Source of the DNA: Octopus sinensis
Lineage: Eukaryota
DNA length: 28,733 nt
Direction: 5' to 3'
Assembly: GCF_006345805.1 (NCBI RefSeq)
Contig: NW_021833531.1
Location: 1 to 28,733 of the forward strand
Both the position numbers and the translations under genes were made by a program. The notes beneath the pieces are model-generated. The model was not told where the DNA came from and did not search any database. It worked only from the letters and a program-made list of their open reading frames with translations. Below are positions 10,144 to 20,284 of the stretch, piece after piece (the stretch's first letter is position 1; every line of letters starts with the position of its first letter).

Positions 10144-10584
10144 CAGTGGTTTTCAATGGGGTCTACGTGACCCTTAGGGCTCCATATAAGATTTTTTCAT
10201 TAAAATTTATGCACATTAAATTGGTTATACTCTCACAATACACAAAATATTTTAACAATATTTTTCATAAAATTCCCAATAATATTTAATTATCAAAGGT
10301 GGCACGTAAAAAGCACCCACTACATTCACGGAGTGGTTGGCGTTAGGAAGGGCATCCAGCTGTAGAAACATTGCCAGATAAGACTGGAGCCTGGTGCAGC
10401 CTTCTGGCTTCCCAGACCCTGGCCAAACCGTCCAACCCATGCTAGCATGGAAAATGGACGTTAAACGATGATGATGATGATGATGATGATGAATAGGAAT
10501 TTTTTAAGCATTGAATGGTTTTGAGGGTCTGAGTGAAACAGGGATGAAGGGAGTCCATAAGAAGAAAATGGTTGAGAATCACAG
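10144..10584. mobile_element. hAT (Charlie-type) MITE with nested RTE tail
   Basis: Left TIR CAGTGGTTTTCAA at 10144; right end GGTTGAGAATCACAG ending at 10584. The 8-bp flanks TTCTAGAA (10136-10143) and TTCCAGAA (10585-10592) match 7/8. CAG..CTG termini with an NTCTAGAN 8-bp TSD are established for Charlie hATs. Confidence 0.8.
10298..10492 (+). mobile_element. Young RTE 3' tail with (GAT)n, nested in the hAT MITE
   Basis: ggtggcacgtaaaaagcacccactac...ttaggaagggcatccagctgtagaaac...gttaaac(gat)n. Confidence 0.9.
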
Positions 10585-10839
10585 TTCCAGAAGAAACCCA
10601 TCTAACTGAAGCACATGTCACACATATTCATTTATGGGACTTTATCGACATTAGTTGTAATATACAACTTTTGGAGCTATTGTTATTGCTGTTGTGGTTG
10701 TTGTTGTCTAGCTCCATGTTAGTCCTTATCAAGTTCATTTATGATCAAGATGTTCCAACTGTTACATAACAACAGCAACAAAAATAACAATAGCAATTAG
10801 CATGATATAGCAACAATAAGAACCACAAGAAATGGCAGA

Positions 10840-11070
10840 AGGTGGCAAGCTGGCAGAAATGTTAGCACGCTGGGCGCAATGCTTAGTGGCATTTCGTCTG
10901 ATGTTACATTCTGAGTTCAAATTCCGCCGAGGTTGAATTTGCCTTTCATCTTTTCAGGGTCAATAACTTAAGTACTAGTAATGCACTGGGGTCAATGTAA
11001 TCGACTTAATCCCTTTGTCTGTCCTTGTTTGTCCCCTCTGTGTTTAGCCCCTTGTGGGCAATAAAGAAAT
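10840..11070 (+). mobile_element. tRNA-derived SINE group B, full length, AATAAA-type tail, 13-bp TSD
   Basis: Perfect direct repeat aagaaatggcaga at 10827-10839 and 11071-11083; B-box gagttcaaattcc. The central gccgaggttgaatttgcctttcatc...aagtac segment resembles the Meta-type SINE core as I recall it (unverified). Confidence 0.9.
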
Positions 11071-11254
11071 AAGAAATGGCAGATGTAAGATTGTTCTCGT
11101 AATGAATTCCAACTCGAACAGTGACAACAACCATTTTAGAAATAAAAATTAGATAAAGACCTATCAAACCCAATTCTTTTAAATGTAGCAGTATCATCAA
11201 CAACAAAGAGAGAGAGAGAGAATGCTTCCATATAATCCAAGACCTTGAATGTGG

Positions 11255-11395
11255 AGAATATACAACTGATAATCATTTTATCAATCCTAGAAAGATGACA
11301 GGCAAAGTCGGTCTTGGCAGGATTTGAACTCAGAACAGGGAGAGACGTAACCTAATATCACAAGGAACTTTTACTTGCCATTCTATTGATTCTTG
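11255..11395 (-). mobile_element. Degenerate SINE group B fragment
   Basis: ttttatcaatcctagaaagatgacaggcaaagtcggtcttggcaggatttgaactcagaac resembles the reverse complement of 10910-10975. Confidence 0.7.
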
Positions 11396-12580
11396 CCAAA
11401 TAAACAAACGTAGCAATGTTGGCAAGAATGACAGTGAGAAGCGGCAGGAAGTTAAATAGATGAAGCAGTGAAGAATCCAAGTTTTCCTCATCTTACTAAT
11501 TTCAGAATGGTGTCTGATGGTATTTAAAAACTAAACTCAAAATAATTTCTTTATACACCGTTCCATATGGCCTTAGCTGCAGTGGCTAAAATAAACTTGA
11601 GAAGTTCTTGTGCATTCTAAGAGATGTTGGGTACATCTCAAGACTATTACAGTGTGCTGGAGAGAGAGAGAGAGAGAGAGAGTGGAGTGGATTTATAATT
11701 TTCTCTTTTTGTCACCTTGATGTAGGCAAGTAACTGTGTGCTGATAGAGATAAAGAGGCTCAGGTAAACTGTCAAAGAAAGATAGGCTGATATCCATCGT
11801 CAGATAGAAATAAAATAGAGGAAGAACACTTTGACTTGAGAACTGAGGCGCCTCAGTGATTGGCCACAAGTCAAAATTCTGAATGAATCCTGGCTTCCTT
11901 TTAATGGAGTCTAAATATATTCACTCTGGTGTCAATTCTTTTAGCAATAAGACAATTTGGACTAAAGCATTTATTTAATTAGATTCTAGATAAAGAGAGT
12001 TTAATTAGTTCGATGGCAATATTGATTTGTGTCTAATTCAATATCAACTACAAATTTGATAAATATATCACACAGTGTATCAGACATTTGTCTAAATGCT
12101 CTATCATTATCGCAAAATGTACTTGGCTCGAAACCAAATAGTTAGCCTCAATTTGCAACATCTCAACAAAGTTCACTCTTCCTTCATATTTCTTTACACT
12201 TTGTGAATCATTCAGATACACCTTGTATCAATTGCAGCAAAAAAAAAAAAAAAACCAAAAGAGAAGAAAAAAATATAATTGTTCTTATTATATTTCTGTT
12301 CTTCTTTCTGTTTTTTCTTTTTTTATCTTTTTATTATGGAGAAATAATTTGTTATTAAAGAGCAATTTATAGTTTTAATTGCAAGACAGATACATGTACA
12401 CTCCGCACCGTACACATACATAGACAGACATCACAGAGAAGCAAACACAGATACATAAACATAGAGATACACAAACACACAATTACGTAAACAAGTAGAT
12501 ACACAAACGCATAGATGTGCAAACGCACATAGATACACAAATGAAAATAGTATAAAACTGAAACTGTAAAATAAAATTGA

Positions 12581-12824
12581 GATGGTGAGTAGATAGCAGA
12601 ACTGGTAGAGCGTCAGCCTCGATGTGTTGTGGTGTTCTATTATTATGCTTTTCATTCTCTCAGTTCAATTCCTACCACAGTCTACATTGCTTCACATTCT
12701 TCTATTAGTAGTGAAATAAAACGAATACTTGAAGTGGGGAAAAGAAAGTCGATGTAATTGACTATACACTAGAAGTTGGTGCCCCAGCTTGGCCAAACTC
12801 CAATGAATGAAATTAACAAAAAAG
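12581..12824 (+). mobile_element. Old SINE with group B head and group A-type 3' tail
   Basis: Head gatggtgag...gcagaactggtagagcgtc...ctcagttcaattcc; shared module gtcgatgtaattgact; tail ggtgccccagcttggccaaactccaatgaatgaaa, like 9640-9675 and 18995-19035. Confidence 0.6.
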
Positions 12825-13057
12825 AACAGAAATTGAATGAAACTTATTCAGTATGCACATACAAGTAGTTGATGTTCATATTATTACTTAACCTAAGATT
12901 ATTATTGATTGAGCAACCACAGGCACTCCACAAATGACCAACTCATCTTTTCCAGACATTGTTGACCCCATTCTACTTTACATTAAGAACATAAGTTTAT
13001 ATATCAGATGCAGACATGGTTGCATCGATTCAGAGTTCATTTCGCTTATACTTGCTT

Positions 13058-13160
13058 TCAGGTTCCATCCCTGCTGTGTGGGCAAGTGTATTCTAATATC
13101 ATTCTGAGATAATCAATGTCTTGCAAATTGATTTGGTAAATGGAAACTGCAAAGAAGCAT
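13058..13160 (+). mobile_element. SINE group A, 5' half only
   Basis: caggttccatccc...gggcaagtgtattcta...gatttggtaaatggaaactgcaaagaagc, ending at the internal microsatellite position. Confidence 0.7.
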
Positions 13161-13165
13161 ATCAT

Positions 13166-13310
<145 letters not shown>

Positions 13311-13318
13311 CTATCTAA

Positions 13319-13480
13319 AGGTGGCAAGCTAGCAGAAACGTTAGCATGCCGGATGAAATGCTTAGCGGAATTTCATCTGTCTTTACATTCTGAGTTCAAA
13401 TTCTGCTGAGGCTGACTTTGCCTTTCATCCTTTTGGGGTCGATAAATTAAGTATCATTTGTGTACTGGGGTCGATTATAC
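13319..13480 (+). mobile_element. SINE group B, 3'-truncated
   Basis: aggtggcaagctagcagaaacgttagcatgcc...gagttcaaattc...ctttgcctttcatcc...ctggggtcgat, colinear with 10840-11005. Confidence 0.85.
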
Positions 13481-13614
13481 AGCTTATTGTTTTGTAGTTT
13501 TTAAAGCAAAGGCTATTCTCTGACTGCTTATAATATTCAACATTCTAAATATGCATGTGTGTGTGTGTGTGTGTACTATATATACATATACATGTACTAT
13601 ATATGCATATATAT

Positions 13615-13657
<43 letters not shown>

Positions 13658-13784
13658 ATACACACACAAAAAGATGAAAGGATCAAAGGGCCTTCCTGAT
13701 CCTTAGGTTCATAAAACTGTTTTCCCAGATTCTGTGGCATATATATATATATTCCCCATGAAGAAAATGCTAGCTTGTTACACG

Positions 13785-13922
13785 ATTTTTCATCTTTCCC
13801 AGCTGAGTGAACTGAAGCAATGTGAAATAAAGTGTTTTCCTCAAGAGCACAATTCATTATCTGATCCAGGAATCAAAATCACACTCTTATGATCATTCTT
13901 TAACTATGAAGGCACATGCCTC
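13785..13922 (-). mobile_element. Old tRNA-SINE related to the group C head
   Basis: Minus strand gaggcatgtgcc...ttttgattcctggatc...gtgctcttgaggaaaacactttatttcac...cagttcactcagc; similar to 16380-16512. Confidence 0.6.
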
Positions 13923-14760
13923 TATGTGTGTGTGTATATATAATGTAATTTGGGGACCAATGAGCATATGCCAATTAGTGTGTTGAGTAAAGCACATTCA
14001 CAGTTTAGGCTACCTGGTGTCATCCACAGTTGGGATATATTTCCTTGGATTTATGTCAGAAGCATATCATACATATGTTATATGACCTATACCAGTATGG
14101 ACAAGCAGACATTCCAATGGTTTATACATACATCATATAGCTCATTGAAGAGCAACCAGGGATTTGTGAGTAACTGTGCTATTGATAGTTAATCATTGAC
14201 CTTACACTGGATTTGTCCATCCTTTAACAGGTATTGCTTTTGTCCTGCAAGGTTTCTAGTAATTGTCTTCACAAATTAATTAACTGGGTGTGCCAGTTTA
14301 GTCAACATGTAAAGTTAAACATTCATCATCCATGCCTAGGATATGCTTTAAGAGTTGTTTCTGTACTTCAAAGGCGATCAAAAGTAGATTTATAATCTAA
14401 GGTATGAAATAGAGCAAATGGGAGATGAGCAGTAGCTTTGAACTTGGTCTTGTTTGAGAACCAAAAGTTCAAAGTAATTGTCACTTCAAATATAATTATC
14501 ATATATGTGACCATGTTTGTTTTTCGCATGCCAGTTTTTTAAGTCATAACAGGAACTATGTGTTAAGACTTAGTAATGAAATTTCATTATGATCAATACA
14601 TGCAAGTAGAGTATCTCAGACATGTAGAATATGGTGAGGTATGCAAGAGTTATTCAGGCTTGGTTTGGTATTCGAAACAATGACTCAGTAAAATACAACC
14701 AAGTGAAACAAAGCATGAACATGTGTCATATTTGCAGTAGTAGTTAAGTAGTACAGTAAT

Positions 14761-15183
14761 ACTCTTTTACTCTTTACTCTTTTACTTGTTTCAGTCATTT
14801 GACTGCGGCCATGCTGGAGCACTGCTTTTAATCGAGCAACTCGACCCCAGGACTTATTCTATTTGTAAGCCCAGTACTTATTCTATCGGTCTCTTTTTGC
14901 CGAACCGCTAAGTAACGGGGACATAAATACACCAGCATCGGTTGTCAAGCAATGCTAGGGGAACAAACACGCTCACACAAACACACACACGCATATATAT
15001 ATATATATACACATATATATGACGGGCCTCTTTCAGTTTCTGTCTACCAAATCCACTCACAAGGCTTTGGTCGGACCATGGCTATAGTAGAAGACACTTG
15101 CATAAGGTGCCACGCAGTGGGACTGAACCCGGAACCATGTGGTTGGTAGACAAGCTACTTACCACACAGCCACTCCTGTGCCT
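14761..15183 (-). mobile_element. SINE group A, full length, young
   Basis: Complete head (ggcacaggagtggctgtgtggtaagtagc...), core, internal microsatellite and (aagagt/aaaagag)n tail on the minus strand. Confidence 0.92.
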
Positions 15184-15231
15184 AATCATTCAAAAACAAC
15201 TGTGAATTGGTTCCCATGTCCAGTTATCATC

Positions 15232-15415
15232 ATCATCTAACATCCTTCTTCTATTCTGGTTTGAGTTGGATGGGTCAACAGAATCTGACAAGCCTGAAGG
15301 CTGTGCTGGTCTCCGGTGTCTGCTTTGGCAACGTTTCTATGGCTGGGTGTCCTTTCTAATGCTAACTATTGTACAGGGTGTACTGAGTGCTTTTTTTTTT
15401 TTTCATGGCACTAGT
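15232..15415 (-). mobile_element. Older RTE 3' tail
   Basis: tcatcatcatctaacatcc...ttggcaacgtttctatggctgggtgtcctttctaatgctaac...gtgtactgagtgctttt, similar to 20285-20470. Confidence 0.75.
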
Positions 15416-15426
15416 ATGCTAAGTGT

Positions 15427-15815
15427 GTGGAGGCGCAATGGCCCAGTGGTTAGGGTAGCGGACTCGCAGTCATAGGATCGCTGTTTCGATTCCCAGACCG
15501 GGCGTTGTGAGTGTTTATTGAGCGAAAACACATAAAAAGCTCCACGGGGCTCTGACAGGGGATGGTGGTGATCCCTGCTGTACTCTTTCACCACAACTTT
15601 CTCTCACTCTTACTTCCTGTTTCTGTTGTACCTGTATTTCAAGGGGCTGGCCTTGTCACTCTCTGTGTCATGCTGAATATCCCCGAGAACTATGTTAAGG
15701 GTGCACGTGTCTGTGGAGTGCTCAGCCACTTACACGTTAATTTAATGAGCAGGCTGTTCCGTTGATTTGGATCAACCGGAACCCTCATCGTCATAACCGA
15801 CGGAGTGCTTCCAAA
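15427..15815 (+). mobile_element. SINE group C (tail type 1), full length, 11-bp TSD; OR1/OR2-like
   Basis: Perfect direct repeat atgctaagtgt at 15416-15426 and 15816-15826; A box tggcccagtgg, B box gtttcgattcc. The OR family name is from recall. Confidence 0.92.
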
Positions 15816-15829
15816 ATGCTAAGTGTTTT

Positions 15830-16290
15830 AGGTACCTATGTAGTTACGCACGAACATAAAATGCCTCTTGCCACAACCCTCACTCTTCTTCTCACTCTAC
15901 ATCACATCACTCATGGATGTTGACCCCAACTCGAACACAGTATATCTTTTATTGGAGATTTCCTGGTCATGGTCACAGACCAGCTGCACTGTTTGCCAGC
16001 CCACCATGTTCTTACGAGAAACGACTTGTAGGGATATCCATTGGCTTACAATGAATTTGTCTGTCTTATGACAGGTTTTGTTTTGAGTCTTACAGAGTGC
16101 CCACAACACCCTTCTCACCTGACAAGCCAGGTGGAGGACCTAGTTTAGTCACTGACCCTGCCCAAACGTGAAATAGGCAGTACTGGGATACATGATACCA
16201 GTGGCATCAATTAGCTGACCTGACACACTCCCTTCACATGTGATTAAGCACAACACCTGGAATACCACAGCTAAAGAGAGCATGCTCGAG
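15830..16290 (-). mobile_element. Probable RTE 5' UTR-like segment
   Basis: GC-richer non-coding island. The minus strand contains ggtcctccacctggcttgtcaggtgagaagggtgttgtgggcactctg...caaaacaaaacctgtca, which I recall as the UTR upstream of the APE domain of cephalopod RTEs. No coding support in this window. Confidence 0.45.
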
Positions 16291-16379
16291 GGAGGAAGAG
16301 AGAGAGTGTGAGTGAGAGAGAGAGAGAGGGGGGGGGAGTAAGTTGCATCATTACTCGACTGGTACTTATTAACTAATGA

Positions 16380-16512
16380 GTAGACAGAAGCAGAATGAAA
16401 TGAAGTAATGAAGTGCCTTACTTAAAGATACAACACATCACCCATCTAAGAATTGAACCCAAAATCTCATAATCATGAGTCAGATACCTTAATCTTTAAA
16501 TCATGTACATCC
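16380..16512 (-). mobile_element. Old tRNA-SINE related to the group C head
   Basis: gaagtgccttacttaaagatacaacac...aagaattgaacccaaaatctcataatcatgagtcagatacctta is the reverse complement of a degenerate head with B-box. Confidence 0.55.
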
Positions 16513-16536
16513 TGCTTACAATATCGATTGCAAAAT

Positions 16537-16754
16537 AGGTTAATCAGCTGGAAGAATCATTAGCATGCTGAGAAAAATACCTAGTGGTATTTCTTCCATC
16601 TTCATACTCTGCATTCAAATTCCACTGAGGTTGACTTTGCCTTTCATCCTTTTGGTGTCAGTAAAGTAAGTACCAGTTGCACACCAAGGGTTAATGTAAT
16701 AAGCCAGCCCCCTCTCCCAGAACTGCTAGCCTTATGCCAAAATTTGGAACCAAT
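16537..16754 (+). mobile_element. SINE group B with alternative tail (..gctagccttatgccaaaatttggaaccaat)
   Basis: B head and core as at 10840; diverges after the gg.ttaatgtaat module. Confidence 0.75.
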
Positions 16755-17504
16755 GTAGGTTGCAAAATATTAGCAAGATCCAAGAATCACTACAGAACAT
16801 AGTTTTTGTAAAAAAAAAAAAAAGAGATTTTCCTTAATCATCAGTGATGGTCATATTCATTCAATGTGTGGGACATGTGCCATGACAACACAAAACAGAT
16901 CGATAGAGACGAGAATGTAAGGCACAAAAAATAATGAATTAAATTAAGACCACAAAGGGAACCGAAATTTGTAACTTGAAGGATTTAAAGCTTGACAGGG
17001 ACTGAAAAGATGTTAAGAAGCAAAGGGAATGGTATGAAGCAGAGTGTAAAGAGGGAGGTGGAGAGAAAAAAAAGGAGGTATAATGGAGAAAGGAAAAGCA
17101 AAGAAAAGTATTGGGGACAGTGCCAAAGGAACTCATCTATACAACCTGACAGGGGCTCAAACAAGGAGGAGACAGGAGATAGTGGGAAGTCTAGTGGAAT
17201 GGTTGGTGTGGGATGTGTAAAGAGGGGTCAGTGCCAAACCAGCTCAACTAACAAGATGAATTAGGAACATAGCAAAATGTCAAAGTAGCAGTGATGGAGA
17301 AGGCTTTTTTTTTGTGTGTGGTGGGAGAATAGATAATAGCCAGAATGTTTATCTTGATTGACTTATCTTGATGAGGGTTACACTAAAATTAGGCTTATTG
17401 CCTATAAATCTTTATTTTTCATACTCTACCCTACCACATCTAATTCATATTCGCTGCTGTGGAGTGGCTTCATAGTCCATTTCCCACTTTTTGTCCACTG
17501 TAGA

Positions 17505-17854
17505 TGTGTGTGAGTGTGTGTGTGTGTATGTGTGTGTGTGTGTGTGTGCATGTGTTTGTGTGTGTGTGTGTGTGCATGTGTTTGTGTGTGTGTGTATGCG
17601 TATGCATACTTAATATATACATATATGTGTATATGTGTGTGTATATATATATACATGTGGTATAGTGTGTGTGTGTGTGGTGTGTGTGTGATGGTGTGTG
17701 TATCATTGTGTGTATGTCTATTTGGGTGTATGTATAAATTTCAGTGTATGCTTTTGTAGTGTATGTCTTGAAAAAGTTGTTCACGCATCTCTTTGTGTAT
17801 GCATGACTTCGTTTGTGTATATGTATGTATGGATATATGGAAATATGAGTAAGA

Positions 17855-17901
<47 letters not shown>

Positions 17902-18060
17902 TATATGCATAATTGGGTGAGCATATGTATATGCATTTGTGAGTGACAGTGTGTTCATATAGGCATGTGTGTTTGTGTAACTGAGCATGCATATACATGC
18001 ACATATATTCAGATGCTCACACACACACGCACACACACACACACACAAACGTACATGTGT
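17505..18060. repeat. (TG)n/(TA)n/(CA)n low-complexity tract
   Basis: Directly visible. Confidence 0.92.
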
Positions 18061-18660
18061 CAGCACGAATGACTGTCTAAATGTTTGCATGTAAAGAGTA
18101 TGTGTCAGTGTGTCTGTGTGTCTCTATGTGTGTACGTTGGTTGGATGAGATGATGCCAAAGGGATTAAAAGTAATAATGAGATATTCTAGGACTGATTGA
18201 ATGTGTATAGACCATTTATCCATAGGACTCTGGTATATTTACGTCTGTGTATATTTATGTAAGTGCATAACATTCAGTACATATGTGTGCTTGTGAATTT
18301 CTGTATTGATTTGCATTTCACATACGTGCAAACATAAATGCGAACAATAACATGCACACACACACAGCTATCTATAGAGCCAATGTGGGACCCTCTGAGG
18401 GATAAACATTCATACAAGAAATAGCAACCAATTTTATCTCAAATTGCATCTTATTTTCTTAAACAAAAGATTGTCACATTAGATGATGTGGTCCTACCTA
18501 TCCCAAGAAGAACAGGATGGTCATGGCTGGAATGTTGATTAGAGATGACGTGGTATACAATAACAACAACAACTGTAACAGCAAATGTACATTTTATACC
18601 TAACACATCATGTAAATATGGAATTAAGTTGATTAAAGTACATTTATATGTATATATATA

Positions 18661-19042
18661 TAGGAGTGGTTGTATGGTAAAAAGCTTGCTTCCCAACCAC
18701 ATGATTCCAGGTTCAGTCCCACTGTGTGGCACCTTGGGCAAGTGTTTTCTATTACAGCCTCAGGTCAACCAAAGCCTTGCGAATGGATTTGGTAGACGGA
18801 AACAGAAAGAAGCCCATCGTACATATATATATGTATGTATTTTTGTGTCTGTGTTTGTCCACCCACTATCTCTTGACAACTGTTGTTAGTGTATTTACAT
18901 CCCCGTAACTTAGCAGTTCAGCACAAGAGACTGGCAGAATAAGTACTATGCTTACAAAGAATAAGTCCTGGGGTTGATTTGTTTGACTAAAGGTGGTGCT
19001 CCTGCATGGCCACAGTCAAATGACTGAAACAAGTAAAAGAAT
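18661..19042 (+). mobile_element. SINE group A, full length
   Basis: Head, CORE-like ggcaccttgggcaagtg, short internal microsatellite, tail aatgactgaaacaagtaaaagaata. Confidence 0.92.
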
Positions 19043-19064
19043 ATTATGTATATATACTCTGTGT

Positions 19065-19640
19065 GTGTGTATGTGGTGTGTGTATGTATGTATGTATGTA
19101 TGTATGTATGTATGTATGAATGTATGTATGTGTGTATGTATGTATGTATGTATGTTTGAATGTATGTATGTATGTATGTATGTTTGTGTGTGTATGTATG
19201 TATGTATGTATGTTTGAATGTATGTATGTATGTATGTGTGTGTGTGTATGTATGTATGTATGCATGCATGTATGTATGTATGTATGTATGAATGTATGTA
19301 TGTGTGTATGTATGTATGTATGTATGTTTGAGTGTATGTATGTATGTATGTGTGTGTGTGTATGTATGTATGTATGTATGCATGCATGTATGTATGTATG
19401 TATGTATGTATGAATGTATGTATGTATGTATGTATGTATGTATGTACGTATGTATGTATGTATGTATGAATGTATGTATGTGTGTATGTATGTATGTATG
19501 TATGTTTGAATGTATGTATGTATGTATGTATGTGTGTGTGTGTATGTATGTATGTATGCATGCATGTATGTATGTATGTATGTATGTATGTATGTATGTA
19601 TGTATGTATGTATGTATGTATGTATGTATGTATGTACGTG
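19065..19640. repeat. (TATG)n array with higher-order variant pattern
   Basis: Directly visible; the variant units aatg, tgtg, tttg, (tg)5 and catgcatg recur in order. Confidence 0.95.
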
Positions 19641-19699
19641 TGTATATCATTGGATGGGCTGCATGTTTGATTATCATTGATTTTCTTTGATAATTCTAT

Positions 19700-19905
19700 A
19701 ACATTCGTTTCCAGCATTGGCACAAGGCCAGATATTTGTAGCGGGAGAAGGTCTAATCGATCAAATTGACCCCAGTAATTGACTAAGACTTCATCTCATC
19801 GATCCCAGAAGGATAAAAGGCAAAAGTTGACCTCTGTAGGCTTTTGAACTCAGATTGTTAAAAAGAGCTGGAACAAATACCACACACAACATTTTGTCCA
19901 ATATT
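19700..19905 (-). mobile_element. SINE group B with alternative tail
   Basis: attggcacaaggccag...ttgaccccagt...atcgatcccagaaggataaaaggcaaaagttgacctc...tttgaactcag is the reverse complement of the 16537-type element. Confidence 0.72.
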
Positions 19906-20074
19906 CATTCCATTGAGCACATTGATGATCATACCTCAAAAATAAATAAATAAAAAAAATAAATCAATCAATAAATAAATAAATAAATATGTAAATGTTT
20001 TAATTTTGGAATCAACTAATAAAGCTATGTACATCCTATGTAATAAGCAAATGGCAGTCTTCACTGAAAATTTT

Positions 20075-20266
20075 GTCGGCATGAAAGAAGCACCCACTAC
20101 ACACCCACTACAATGGTTGGTGTTAAGAAGGGAATCCAGCTGTTGAGAGCTTGCCAAAGCCGACATTGGAGCTTGATGCAGACTTGAAAACTCATCAGAT
20201 CTTGTCAAATGAACAAATCTATGCCAGCATAGATAACAGATGTTAGGTGATGATGATGATGATGAT
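20075..20266 (+). mobile_element. Older RTE 3' tail
   Basis: gaagcacccactac...ggttggtgttaagaagggaatccagctg...ttgcca...atgccagcat...gatgtt(gat)n. Confidence 0.8.
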
Positions 20267-20284
20267 GGTGGTGAGTAGTAGATT

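Noticed and set aside
14014-14043. Minus-strand KYIPTVDDT resembling the Ras-family effector loop (Y.PT.ED)
   Set aside because: Bounded by stops within 19 codons, weak acceptor, and no G1 or G3 exons found anywhere in the window.
15427-15500. tRNA gene (also heads at 4721, 10840, 18661, 20969)
   Set aside because: A and B boxes are present but there is no complete cloverleaf, and each continues into a SINE body, often with TSDs.
16829-16844. Hammerhead ribozyme core on the minus strand (CTGATGA-ttaag-GAAA)
   Set aside because: No stem II and no stem III or cleavage triplet; it is followed by poly-T. Other CTGATGA hits (about 20211, about 21993) lack GAAA.
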